From Candidatus Binatia bacterium (GTDB taxonomy: Bacteria > Desulfobacterota > Binatia > Bin18), in contig CAXXHG010000015.1 in assembly GCA_963666315.2 (NCBI GenBank), forward strand, positions 32,001 to 96,000: a DNA stretch of 64,000 bases, given 5' to 3'. The position numbers and the translations under genes were made by a program. Shown in pieces: positions 1-9,692 of the stretch (positions within the stretch are counted from its first letter, which is position 1; each line of letters starts with the position of its first letter). Below the pieces are notes generated by a model. It searched no databases and was not told where the DNA came from. It saw only the letters and a program-made list of their open reading frames with translations.

Positions 1-1050
1 GCTCACTTTGCCGGTCACGCGATCGTCAAAGCGAACGCCCAGCGCTAACACCAGGTCCGCTTCGTTAATAGCAACGTTGGCGTACTTCGTGCCATGCATC
101 CCGAGCACATGCAAGGCGAGCATGTGATCCGGAGGGAAGGTGCCCAACCCCATTATTGTAGTAGTCACCGGGCAGCCCACCTTCTCGGCCAATTGCAGCA
201 GCAAGGGACCGGTGTCGGAACTGGTCACACCGCCGCCCGCATACAGGATAGGGCGGCGGGCATCCTGGATCAGCTGACAGCACACCTCCAGCTGGGAAGG
301 AGAGATGGGCCCAAGAGATGGCTCGGGCGGTGCGATCTCCGCCGGCATGCGCGGCGGCGCGTAGTTCCCCTCAGGGTCGCACGGGTAGTGCTGCTGAATA
401 TCCTTGGGGATGTCCAGCAGTACCGGGCCTGGTCGATTTCCAGCCGCTAGTGCGAAAGACTGCCGCACCAACGTCGGGATATTGGCCACACAGTCGACCA
501 GGAAGCTCTGTTTGGTGATGGGGGTCGTGATCCCCACAATATCCGCCTCCTGAAAGGCATTCTTGCCTAGCAAGTGGGAGGGCACATTTCCCGTAATCGC
601 GACGATCGGCACGGAATCGCTGTTGGCGTCAGCGATACCGGTCACGAGGTTGGTTGCGCCAGGGCCGGAGGTGGCCAAACACACGCCCACTTTTCCAGTG
701 GCCCGCGCGTATCCTTCGGCGGCATGGGCGGCGCCTTGTTCGTGCTCGACACGGATACAGCGGATCCCGTACTCCTGGAGTACGTCGAAGATCTCGAGGT
801 TCGCGCCACCCGGATAGCCAAACAGCACCTCGACGCCTTCGAGGGTGAGGCATTTGGCCAGAATCTGCGCCCCGCGCAAAGCATGTGGGCGGTCTTCAAT
901 CTGAATCTCTGATAGGGGCGTACCGAGAATAACGGGTGCATCGTCATACGTGACGTGTTCCCCACTACTAGAGCTACCAGGGATAGCTTGCTGGGCCACG
1001 CTGGTCTCGCCTGTGTGGAGCTGTTGTTCAGAGGTAATCCGGTCTCTCAT
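1..1050 (-). CDS. ilvB: Acetolactate synthase large subunit, 5' part (runs off window start)
   Basis: Hand translation from ATG 1050 gives LFGYPGGANL, EHEQGAAHAAEGYARATGKVGVCLATSGPGATNLVTGIADA, RPGPVLLDIPKD, GMHG and GVRFDDRVTG. Absent from the ORF track because its stop lies outside the window. Confidence 0.95.
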   Translation of the reverse strand, partial: MRDRITSEQQLHTGETSVAQQAIPGSSSSGEHVTYDDAPVILGTPLSEIQIEDRPHALRGAQILAKCLTLEGVEVLFGYPGGANLEIFDVLQEYGIRCIRVEHEQGAAHAAEGYARATGKVGVCLATSGPGATNLVTGIADANSDSVPIVAITGNVPSHLLGKNAFQEADIVGITTPITKQSFLVDCVANIPTLVRQSFALAAGNRPGPVLLDIPKDIQQHYPCDPEGNYAPPRMPAEIAPPEPSLGPISPSQLEVCCQLIQDARRPILYAGGGVTSSDTGPLLLQLAEKVGCPVTTTIMGLGTFPPDHMLALHVLGMHGTKYANVAINEADLVLALGVRFDDRVTGKVS

Positions 1051-1090
1051 GACAATACCCGCCCCAAGAAGATACTCATATTTTATCCCG

Positions 1091-1180
1091 TTACGCACCA
1101 CTGGTCGAGAGCGGAGCACAAGAGAAAAGACGTAGCACCAAAACATTTCGGATATTTTGGATATTTGAGGTTAGATACAT
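1091..1180 (-). promoter_or_regulatory. Candidate ilvB leader peptide MYLTSNIQNIRNVLVLRLFSCAPLSTSGA
   Basis: 29-codon ORF ending 40 nt before ilvB, with an I..I..VLVL.L codon cluster. TATAAT (1193-1188) lies 7 nt upstream of its ATG. Confidence 0.45.
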
Positions 1181-1320
1181 AACTACGATTATAGCGTATT
1201 CCTCGCTCGTACTCTCACACGAGATTGGCAGGCTCGTTGACATACGCCGAGTGCGCTCTAACTCTCTGTCACGATGTCTAGTACGAGCAGTCGAGAATAA
1301 ATCGAGTCTGACCAGTCTGA

Positions 1321-1530
1321 CCCTGAGGGATCGCCACGAATCCTGACAGAAAGCCAAACGAAATTAACGAGATAGACCAAGGAACACACGCTGGGCCGCT
1401 GCATGCTGTGTCACCATCTGATCAAAGAAGTCCCCAAAGCCGCGATCAGAGGAGACGACACTATGCAGGCAGAGCACGTAGTCCATGATTTACTGACCAC
1501 AACTTGTAGCACGATGCACCAGACCCCATG
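1321..1530 (+). mobile_element. IS4-family (IS10-group-like) left-end remnant
   Basis: CTGAGGGATCGCCACGAA (1323-1340) resembles IS10-group terminal repeats. It is followed by GAGGAG and ATG 1463 encoding MQAEHVVHDLLTTTCSTMHQT, like an IS4 transposase N-terminus, then similarity stops. Confidence 0.5.
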
Positions 1531-1703
1531 GTTTAGTTGGCCCCGCGCAGGTCGGCTTCGTACAGGTTGGGGCTCCAGGCGTTCGCGCCGGAAAACTTAC
1601 GGTAAGAGAGACAGCCGAAATACTGACGAAATAGGACATAGAGCAAACTCTTCTTTTTCGCATACCAACCTGATAGAGCGGTAAGCACAAAGTAAGATCG
1701 GTT

Positions 1704-2159
1704 ATGGCCATCTCTGTTCTTTGTACAGGCGGCTGCGCCTGTGGCGCGATTCGGTATGAGATTCCGGCGGAACCGCTGGCCTCGATGTTGTGTCATTGCC
1801 GGGACTGTCAACACGAAAGTGGTAGGACGTTTACCTCCGCTATGGCGGTGCCGGCCTCCGCCTTTAACATCACACAAGGGAATCCCAAATCTCTTGCCGT
1901 GACGGCCGCTAGCGGCGGAACGCGTCGGCGGTTTCTCTGGCCTGAGTGTGGCTCCCCATTATTTTCGCGCGTCACAACCGCACCGGATATCGTGACGATC
2001 ACTGTCGGCAGCTTAGATGACCCCAGCGGGTTTCCGCCCCAAATGGCGTTATGGGTCTCTCGTGCGCATGCCTGGACGCACCGAGCCCCCGCTCTTCCCA
2101 CGTGGGACACGCAGCCTTCGGTGGAGGAAGTGCTCAAGATGTCCTCCGACAAGGGCTAA
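1704..2159 (+). CDS. GFA (CENP-V) family protein
   Basis: GGCACGAIRY, CHCRDCQ and PECGSPLF motifs. The first Cys of the last CxxC is replaced (FLWPEC). Confidence 0.9.
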   Translation: MAISVLCTGGCACGAIRYEIPAEPLASMLCHCRDCQHESGRTFTSAMAVPASAFNITQGNPKSLAVTAASGGTRRRFLWPECGSPLFSRVTTAPDIVTITVGSLDDPSGFPPQMALWVSRAHAWTHRAPALPTWDTQPSVEEVLKMSSDKG

Positions 2160-2719
2160 CGTCTCTCAGCTTTTCCCCGATCAAAACATCTTGTCCTTCG
2201 ACAAGTAAGAATCCAGCCCCTTGAGATATGCAGGTTGGGTATTTCCCAAGGCCACGCAAACGGTTTCTTCGGAAAAATGGCCGAAAACCCCTCTGCAATA
2301 TGGTATCGAAAGTTGCGTTTTTTAGGGGAGTTACAACGCTCAAAATCGGCTGCCCAAAAACTAATATTCTCGGTCACACCCTTACCGTGCAGTTAAATGG
2401 CGTCAGACTCGACTAAAAGATCCGTTTCCGAGGGTACCCCTTGCAGCCGTCGGGGGAGCAGTGCTGCCGTGGCCTTCTTATACTGAGTACAGCCTAACAC
2501 CCTACCCTTATTCGTCGCCTCCCGGATCCCGACCAGACTTTCTTGTTCGAGTGGCTCCGTAATCAACAAGTCGGCCTTCCCATTTTTGACCGTATCAAGC
2601 TGAAGGTTGCGTGGGATTGGACCTGCATCAAGAAATACTCCCCGGCAGCCTCAATCCTGGCTTGCTCTACAATGCCGGCGTGCCTATCCTAAGCATCCAG
2701 AGCATGGAGATATAGAATA

Positions 2720-3111
2720 ATGAATGAATATTTTCTCGCAACAAGTCTCTGATCGTGCTAGCCCTCATCGAAGGCTTCAACGGCGCAAACTTCGCCTTCC
2801 GGGCAAAACATACCTTCCGCACGTTCAAGTTCTCGTATGACGATGGACAGGGAATTGCGATCCAGGAGTTCGGCGTATATAGCCTCGGTCTTGCCATTGC
2901 CTATTTGTTGGCTGCCTGGGAGCCGGCATGGCGCGGCGGGATGGTGCTCGCCGGCATCGCGATCAATGTGTTTGCAGGCGGGACGCACTTCCTGCGTGCG
3001 CGTGGGATCTATTTCGGTGACGCGCGACCGATGCTGAGCCGCCGCTCCGAAGGGACCCAGGGCCTGGTGCATGCGCTTGTGGTGGGTGCACTTATTGTCA
3101 TCTTGCCCTGA
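2720..3111 (+). pseudogene. Small membrane protein, probable frameshift near 2748
   Basis: GGAGA RBS then ATG 2720 (MNEYFLATSL*). The hydrophobic ORF continues in another frame after an apparent CT duplication. Confidence 0.5.
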
Positions 3112-3202
3112 GTGCGCAAAAAGAGATTGCTTCGTCGCCCACAGCTCCTCGCACTGACACATCCTCCCTGCAAGCAGTCGAGCGAGCAGCAGGCCTATTC
3201 GC

Positions 3203-4534
3203 CTATTCCATTTGACTGCTTAAATAATCCAGTGCCACACCCGTCATCGCGCGTACGCCCACAATGAGCGCATCCTCATTGACATAGAAATGCGGCGAAT
3301 GATTCGCAGCGGCTTCCCCGGCCTCCACGCCCTCTTTATTCACGCCCAAAAGAAAATAGAAGCCTGGAATCTTTTCTTGGAAAAAGGCGAAATCCTCGGC
3401 CCCCATTCTCGGCCGTGTTTCCTCAACACGCTGCTCACCTGCAGCCCAGCGTAAAGTCGGTAGCATTTGAGATGTGAGGCCGGGATCGTTATATGTGACG
3501 GGCGCAAAATTCCGAACGCTCAGAGTCGCCGTGGCTCCGGCCGCTGCCGCAATCTGCTGCGCAGTCTGCCGCATGCGGTGAATAACGTCCTCGCGCATCT
3601 GGCTGTCTAAGGTGCGTATGGTGCCTATCATCTCAACCTCGTCAGGAATGATGTTCCAGCGTATGCCCGCGTTGATCCGGCCGATAGAAATGACAGTCGG
3701 CGCTTTAGTGATATCCAGTTGTCGGCTCGGAATTATCTGAATGGCCGTCATAATCTGAGCGGCAACAATGATCGGGTCGACGCCTGCCCAGGGCTGCGAC
3801 CCATGTGTTTGGCGCCCGTGCACGGTGATCACAAAGCGGTCGGCAGCGGCGAGCGCGCCCTCGGCTCGATAATACAAATTGCCTGCCGGGGCGGGCCACA
3901 CTTGTAAGCCAAAGATCGCCTGGGGTGCGTGCGGTTCACCCAAAACGCCTTCCTGCAGCATGAGCTTCGCCCCACCCTCTTCTCCTTCGGGAGGACCCTC
4001 TTCCGAAGGTTGAAAGACGAATTTAATCGTTCCAGGGATATCGTCTTTCCTGCCTGCCAGCACTTCTGCCGTCCCCATGAGGATAGCCGTGTGGGCGTCG
4101 TGACCGCAGGCGTGCATCACACCGACATCCTGACCGTTATAGGTCGCCCGGACTGTAGAGGCGAAGGCCACCTCGACCATCTCAGTCACAGGCAGGGCGT
4201 CCATATCTGCCCGTAAGGCAACAACACCACCCGGCTTGCCGCCTTGCAGTATGCCAACAACACCGGTGTGGGCGACTTTTTTTTGGACCTCCAAACCTAA
4301 GCTCTCCAGATGTTCGGCGACCAGCTTGGCGGTGCGACACTCTCGGTTAGACAGTTCGGGGTGCTGGTGTATGTCCCGCCGCCACGTAATAACCTTGGCA
4401 GCAATGGCCTCGAACGCTGGGTCGAGTTGTGATTTCAGATCTTGAGCATGCCCAGATGGTGCCAGACTTATGCAGACGGCAACCACGAGAGTCCTAATAT
4501 GGAAGGCAACCCAGACAGACCCATAATGTCTCAT
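3203..4534 (-). CDS. M20D family amidohydrolase with signal-peptide-like N-terminus
   Basis: HQHPELS, LRADMDALP, MHACGHD, FQPSEE, GAEDF and NHSP motifs. Start position uncertain. Confidence 0.92.
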   Translation of the reverse strand: MRHYGSVWVAFHIRTLVVAVCISLAPSGHAQDLKSQLDPAFEAIAAKVITWRRDIHQHPELSNRECRTAKLVAEHLESLGLEVQKKVAHTGVVGILQGGKPGGVVALRADMDALPVTEMVEVAFASTVRATYNGQDVGVMHACGHDAHTAILMGTAEVLAGRKDDIPGTIKFVFQPSEEGPPEGEEGGAKLMLQEGVLGEPHAPQAIFGLQVWPAPAGNLYYRAEGALAAADRFVITVHGRQTHGSQPWAGVDPIIVAAQIMTAIQIIPSRQLDITKAPTVISIGRINAGIRWNIIPDEVEMIGTIRTLDSQMREDVIHRMRQTAQQIAAAAGATATLSVRNFAPVTYNDPGLTSQMLPTLRWAAGEQRVEETRPRMGAEDFAFFQEKIPGFYFLLGVNKEGVEAGEAAANHSPHFYVNEDALIVGVRAMTGVALDYLSSQME

Positions 4535-4703
4535 AAATGTCACATGCCGGCTCTTCGTCAATACGCGGATTATCCTTGGGGTTGACAGAAGAAACAAGGG
4601 CCACAGCGGTCCCACAGAGCCTACTTTTCGCCTCAGCCTAGCTCTCTACCGCGATGTATAGTATGAGCAGCCATACGCACTGACTCCTGGAGGACCGGAA
4701 CGT

Positions 4704-4925
4704 ATGGATTTACCTATTTCTGCAGCCATGGCCGAAGCGCTGACTGCCGCTGCACGTTCGTTGCAACAGATGTCGGGCGCACTCCATCTGCTGCACTATA
4801 TGCGTTCGGCTTCTGCCTTGGCAGACGACCAGGTGGAAGATGGGCTGTGGCAGTGTGTCCAGGAGCTGACCCAAGAGCTGGACCAGCACCGCACGATACT
4901 ACAAACAACGGCGGAGGAGGCCTGA
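4704..4925 (+). CDS. Hypothetical 73-aa protein
   Basis: GGAGG RBS upstream; stop overlaps the next ATG (TGATG). Confidence 0.55.
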   Translation: MDLPISAAMAEALTAAARSLQQMSGALHLLHYMRSASALADDQVEDGLWQCVQELTQELDQHRTILQTTAEEA

Positions 4926-5147
4926 TGACGTGGACCGTCACAATTGACAATGGATCAACGTTCACTGACGGCTATCTTTTTGCCGATGGCAAAGCCACCA
5001 CGGTAAAAGTACTGACCACACCGTATGACCTCATGCGCTGCTTTACCGATGTGTTCTGTTCTTTAGCCAAAGAGGCCGGCTTGAAAGACGAAGCCGATCT
5101 GCTGCGTCGAGTGGAAGAAGTTCCCTATTCCACAACGGCCGGGACCA
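4925..5147 (+). pseudogene. Hydantoinase/oxoprolinase-family N-terminal fragment
   Basis: IDNGSTFTD, KVLTTPYDL and YSTTAGT motifs, then an abrupt end. Confidence 0.8.
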
Positions 5148-5403
5148 GACAGCCAGAAAGCACGCTTCCGAAAGTAGGAGGCTCGCCTTCGACTTTATGC
5201 CAGATCTCATCGCCCGCTTTGTTAACATTGGTGACTGTCCAGTGTTGACCCGCAGCTTCGAGCACGCCTCGATTGGACGGCTGCCCGCCCCCACCCGGAT
5301 AAAAGGCGGTTCGGTCTAAAGCAACTTGATTATCTTCAGCTGCGGTGACTGTAGCTTGGAATTTCCGTAAATAGGCTTCGGTTTGGAATAGCCATACACT
5401 CAT
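5145..5403 (-). pseudogene. AlaX alanyl-tRNA editing protein N-terminal fragment
   Basis: VALDRTAFYPGGGGQPS motif; truncated before the DWxRR/HxxxH region. Confidence 0.85.
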
Positions 5404-5445
5404 GATCTTCCCTTATAAAAATCTCCATACTTTAGGCTTCGGAGG

Positions 5446-5510
5446 ATGTTGGGTTACGCTACGCTAAGCCAACCTACGGGCTTCATCCTTCGACTGGCTC
5501 AGGACGAGCG
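5446..5510. repeat. Two adjacent REP-like palindromes
   Basis: On the minus strand, GTAGGTTGGCTTAGCGTAGCGTAACCCAAC (GTAG type) and GTCCTGAGCCAGTCGAAGGATG. Confidence 0.7.
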
Positions 5511-5544
5511 ATACACTGTCTTTCGCAGAGAGAATTTGTAACGG

Positions 5545-5576
5545 AAAACCCACGGTTACTCATCTCCGCAGGTTTC
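5545..5576 (-). terminator. Probable intrinsic terminator of tmRNA
   Basis: AAACCTGCGG-loop-CCGTGGGTTTT hairpin on the minus strand. Confidence 0.6.
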
Positions 5577-5591
5577 AGAAAAGAAAGGGTA

Positions 5592-5945
5592 TGGAGGCGG
5601 CGGGAATCGAACCCGCGTCCGAGAGTAGTCTACTCAAGGCATCTACAATGCGTAGCTCGTACTTTAATCTTATCCTCAGGTCTCCTACGAGCAGGATGCC
5701 GTCAGACCAGCCAAAGAGATGTTTCGGACCTGCACCCCTCGGCGCAATGCAGCCCCTAGCCCGATTTGTGTCGCCTTAGTCGGCCCTACGGGCACGGACC
5801 GGTAAGACGCTAGCGGCGATTAGGCAGCTAGAGCGTATTCAAAATCATCTGCAGTTAAATTTGCAGTCTGTCCGTTTTACGGGCGGGACAGGACCCCGGC
5901 ATGCAGCCTTGGCTTTCTAGCCCACGTCGAAGCCAGATCGCCCCC
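5592..5945 (-). ncRNA. ssrA: tmRNA, tag peptide (A)ADDFEYALAA
   Basis: 5' end GGGGGCGATCTGGCTTCGAC; 3' end GCGGGTTCGATTCCCGCCGCCTCCA; tag ORF 5852-5820; adjacent to smpB; CCA not encoded. Confidence 0.97.
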
Positions 5946-5996
5946 TTTCAGAGTCTGTCAGTATAGCAGGCACAGACATTGAGGAGAACATCCCCC

Positions 5997-6467
5997 CTAG
6001 CCGGCCCTCCTGTGCATGGCCCGTTCGACTTCGCGCTTCATCTCACGTTCACGGATGGCAGCGCGCTTATCATACGTGCGCTTGCCTTTGGCCAAAGCCA
6101 ACTCGACTTTGGCCCGACCTTGCTTAAAATACAAGCGGAGCGGGACCAGGGTCAATCCGCGCTCTTTTGTTTTTCCCATCAGTCGCATGATTTCCTTTTT
6201 ATGTAGCAGGAGTTTGCGCGTCCGAGTGGGGTCTTGGTTCACATAATGGGCCGGTTCGTAGTTGCTGATGTGGGCGTTCAGGAGAAAGGCCTCACCTTTG
6301 TTGATACGGCCATAACTATCTTTGAGATGCGCTCGGCCGTCGCGTAGAGATTTCACCTCTTGGCCACTCAGCACGATGCCGGCTTCAAGCGTCTCGGTAA
6401 TGATATAATCGTGCCGCGCCTTACGATTGATACATATGTTTTTTTCGCCGCTTTCTTGTTTGGCCAT
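5997..6467 (-). CDS. smpB: SsrA-binding protein
   Basis: NRKARHDY, EAGIVLSGQEVKSLR, RKLLLHKKEI and YDKR motifs. Confidence 0.98.
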   Translation of the reverse strand: MAKQESGEKNICINRKARHDYIITETLEAGIVLSGQEVKSLRDGRAHLKDSYGRINKGEAFLLNAHISNYEPAHYVNQDPTRTRKLLLHKKEIMRLMGKTKERGLTLVPLRLYFKQGRAKVELALAKGKRTYDKRAAIREREMKREVERAMHRRAG

Positions 6468-6530
6468 ACTGAACTCTCAGTTCTATTTCTGCGCATTCCA
6501 AGACTGCTCACCATAGAGCACAGCTGAGGG

Positions 6531-7400
6531 CTATTGTAGTACGCGATTGTCAATAAGGCGCACGTCGCCGATCCAGACCGCAATGGCCAGCAGCGTGGGG
6601 CCGGACACCTGTTCAACCTCTTCTAGGGTATCCGGATGACACAAAGACGCGTACTCGACACGCACGGCAGCGTTCTGGGTTAACGCGTCTTGGACTGCTT
6701 GCAGGATGCTCGCCGCAGTCCTTTGCTGACTGGCAACACAGGCTTGAGCCGTATTGAGCGCACGCGAGACACACAGGCTGGCTTCTCTCTCAGCCGGGCT
6801 GAGGCGTGCGTTGCGTGAACTCATGGCTAGCCCATCGGCTTCCCGGATGATGGGCATGACCACAATGTCAATATCAAAATTGAGATCTTGAACCATGCGT
6901 TTGATGACCGCGCACTGCTGCAAATCTTTCTCACCAAACAGAGCGCTATGCGGTTTGACCATATTGAACAATTTGGCCACAACCGTGGCCACCCCACGGA
7001 AATGGCCGGGTCGAAATGCTCCACACAACGGCTGGCTAACTTTCTCCACTTCAACCCCGGTCTGATAGTCTTGGGGATATACTTCTGACGCCGGCGGCAG
7101 GAATAATACATCCGTCTCCAGTTCTTCGAGCAGGCGTTCATCCTGTGTAACGTCACGCGGGTATGTATCAAAATCGGACGACTGGTTGAACTGCATGGGA
7201 TTGACGAAAATCGACACCACCACAACGTCTCCACTCTGTTGGGCTACGCGCACCAGGCTGAGATGGCCCTCATGCAGAAATCCCATAGTGGGGACAAAGG
7301 CGATCGTTTTTCCGGCCAGACGCTGCTCTTCTGACCAGCGTTGCATGTCTTTAACCGTTTGGATGATCTTCACCGACCGGGCTCTCCAATTGTAGGACAT
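6531..7400 (-). CDS. panC: Pantoate--beta-alanine ligase
   Basis: PTMGFLHEGH, RPGHFRGV, GLAMSSRN and RLIDN motifs. Confidence 0.98.
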   Translation of the reverse strand: MSYNWRARSVKIIQTVKDMQRWSEEQRLAGKTIAFVPTMGFLHEGHLSLVRVAQQSGDVVVVSIFVNPMQFNQSSDFDTYPRDVTQDERLLEELETDVLFLPPASEVYPQDYQTGVEVEKVSQPLCGAFRPGHFRGVATVVAKLFNMVKPHSALFGEKDLQQCAVIKRMVQDLNFDIDIVVMPIIREADGLAMSSRNARLSPAEREASLCVSRALNTAQACVASQQRTAASILQAVQDALTQNAAVRVEYASLCHPDTLEEVEQVSGPTLLAIAVWIGDVRLIDNRVLQ

Positions 7401-8224
7401 CAGTGAAACGAGTGTTCATCCTGCGGGAATGCCTCATCCCGTACGTCGCTGATATAGGCGCTCACCGCATCTGAAATCGTTTGCTCCAAATTGGCATAGC
7501 GTTTGACAAACTTGGGGGAAAAATTCCCGGAAAAGCCGAGCAGGTCATGAATAACCAAGATCTGTCCGTCGCAGTGCGGACCGGCACCAATGCCAATAGT
7601 CGGGATAGCCAACATCTCAGTCACTTCACCAGCCAAATCCATAGGGACGCCTTCCAGGACTACGGCAAACGCCCCGGCATCAGCCACGGCTTGGGCGTCT
7701 TCGATCAAACGATTGCGCGCGCCCGGCTGCCGACCGGCTTTCTTGCCCTGGACTTTATAGCCGCCCATACGGTGGACAGACTGTGGGGTGAGCCCAATAT
7801 GGCCCATGACCGGAATGTCAACGTTCACAACGGCCTTGATGACTCGTGCGATATTCACCCCGCCTTCCAGCTTGACCGCTTCGGCGCCCCCTTCTTTGAG
7901 CAAACGCCCCGCGTTGGCAATCGCGTCACAAATCCCGACCTGGTAGGATAGGAAAGGCATATCCCCCACAACCAGCGCCCGTGGCCGGGCCCGCGTGACC
8001 AGACCGATATGGTAGACCATATCATCCATGCTGACCGGCAAGGTCGTATCAGCGCCTTGAACGACCGTTCCTAAGGAATCGCCGACCAGAATAAAATCAA
8101 TACCGCAGTTGTCCAGTATGCGAGCGAAGGGGTAATCGTACGCTGTCAGCGCAGTGATCTTTTGGCCTGATGCCTTTAAGCGCTGGAGCTCAGGGACGGA
8201 GATTTTCGCCGAGCAGTGTTGCAT
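7400..8224 (-). CDS. panB: 3-methyl-2-oxobutanoate hydroxymethyltransferase
   Basis: LTAYD, LVGDSLG, VKLEGG, GHIGLTPQ and IGIGAG motifs. Confidence 0.98.
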   Translation of the reverse strand: MQHCSAKISVPELQRLKASGQKITALTAYDYPFARILDNCGIDFILVGDSLGTVVQGADTTLPVSMDDMVYHIGLVTRARPRALVVGDMPFLSYQVGICDAIANAGRLLKEGGAEAVKLEGGVNIARVIKAVVNVDIPVMGHIGLTPQSVHRMGGYKVQGKKAGRQPGARNRLIEDAQAVADAGAFAVVLEGVPMDLAGEVTEMLAIPTIGIGAGPHCDGQILVIHDLLGFSGNFSPKFVKRYANLEQTISDAVSAYISDVRDEAFPQDEHSFH

Positions 8225-8370
8225 ATCGGGCCTCCTTCATCATGCGTGTTCTTACGTGTTCTGGTGAACCGCTGTCGGAGGGCACCGGAAGAGAGCGCCG
8301 AAAGCAACACAATGGCTGACAAGTCAACCGTGCAACCTCGGACATTCTCGTACTGCAAGATTTTTTTACC

Positions 8371-8415
8371 ATCCGTCTCGGTCCGCGTTAGTTGGATCCA
8401 AGCGGTCTGCCGTTT
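8371..8415 (-). ncRNA. pan-motif-like leader RNA upstream of panB
   Basis: Minus strand AGACCGCTTGGATCC...CGGACCGAGACGG bulged hairpin in the 5' region of panBC; resembles the pan motif as recalled. Confidence 0.65.
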
Positions 8416-8621
8416 CTACCGTCCTGCTCGCTTTGCCCGCTTAGCCCGGTTGGGTCGACTGGTTCGTCGCCCACGAGCCTTCGTCTCGCAGCGCGTCTTC
8501 TATCCCGAGCAGGAAAGTAGTATGGCCGTGCTGATAGCATATTTTTCCGAGGTTTGTCTAGAGGGATTTTCTTTTCCTGGGGAGGGCTTCTTGCTAGTGT
8601 ATCGGGATGGATATGTGTGAC

Positions 8622-9689
8622 ATGGACATGCCTGACGCTATTGGTCAATTGCTGATGGTCGGCATCCCGCAGCCGGCACTCGACTCCGAGACACGAGAGA
8701 CACTCCACGACCTGAAGCCAGGCGGCGTCATTCTCTTTGCTCGCAACTACACCGATCCTGAGACTCTCCAGGCACTATGTGCCGATCTGCACGGCCTGCA
8801 GCCTGATAACCCAGTATGCATTGCGCTCGATCATGAGGGCGGGCGGGTACACCGGCTGGCTCCCCCATTTACCCATTTTCCACCCGCGTTGCGACTGGGT
8901 GAGACGGGCTCTAGCCAGCTGGCCTATGAGGTTGGCCACGCGCTGGGACATGAATTGCGCAGTGTTGGCATTGACCTCGACTTGGCCCCAGTCCTGGATG
9001 TGTTTACGAATCCACTCAACACCGTCATTGGTGATCGGGCGTTTGGCTCTGATCCACAGCGGGTTGCCCGACTCGGTTGTGCCCTCGCGCGCGGGCTACG
9101 CCAAGCAGGTGTTATTCCATGCGGCAAACATTTTCCCGGCCACGGCGCAACCCTGGTGGATTCGCACGAGGGCCTACCCCGAGATGAACGAGAACAGGAG
9201 AGTATTGAGAAGGTCGACCTGGTGCCTTTTCAGGCCGCTATAGCCGAACAGATCGAGCTGATCATGACGGCTCACGTTGTGTTTCCCGCCTACGATCCGG
9301 AACAGCCGGCCTCCTTGTCATCCCTAGTCATGCACAACCTCCTGCGCCAAGACTTGGGCTTCCAGGGTCTTATCGTCTCAGATGACTTAGAGATGGGGGC
9401 CATCATTCGACACTCTTCGGTTGGGGACGCCGCAGTAAAAGCCCTGGGAGCGGGAGCGGACTTGGTCCTCATTTGTCACAGCCTGGAACGCGCCTGCGGC
9501 GCACGTGAGGCGTGTCAGCGCGCACTCCGCCTAGGCACGTTATCGGCATCACGCTTACAGGAATCTCGACAGCGTCTGCTCCAACTCAAGCAGCGCTTCG
9601 TCGCCCGATCAGGGGCAGAGATCCGACCGATCGGTGCGCCAGAACATCAGGCCCTGGCCGCAGAGATCTTGCGCCAGGCCAACGGTTGA
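8622..9689 (+). CDS. nagZ: Beta-N-acetylhexosaminidase (GH3)
   Basis: DHEGGRV, KHFPGHG, DSH and SDDLEM motifs. Confidence 0.95.
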   Translation: MDMPDAIGQLLMVGIPQPALDSETRETLHDLKPGGVILFARNYTDPETLQALCADLHGLQPDNPVCIALDHEGGRVHRLAPPFTHFPPALRLGETGSSQLAYEVGHALGHELRSVGIDLDLAPVLDVFTNPLNTVIGDRAFGSDPQRVARLGCALARGLRQAGVIPCGKHFPGHGATLVDSHEGLPRDEREQESIEKVDLVPFQAAIAEQIELIMTAHVVFPAYDPEQPASLSSLVMHNLLRQDLGFQGLIVSDDLEMGAIIRHSSVGDAAVKALGAGADLVLICHSLERACGAREACQRALRLGTLSASRLQESRQRLLQLKQRFVARSGAEIRPIGAPEHQALAAEILRQANG

Positions 9690-9692
9690 GGG

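Noticed and set aside
1100-5592. Genomic island integrated at the tmRNA 3' end
   Set aside because: No integrase and no duplicated tmRNA 3' sequence was seen in the window.
5591-5779. ORF MEAAGIEPAS and other long antisense ORFs (e.g. 563-817, 14135-14917, 21545-22300, 58650-59300)
   Set aside because: Shadow frames of tmRNA or of well-supported genes on the opposite strand.
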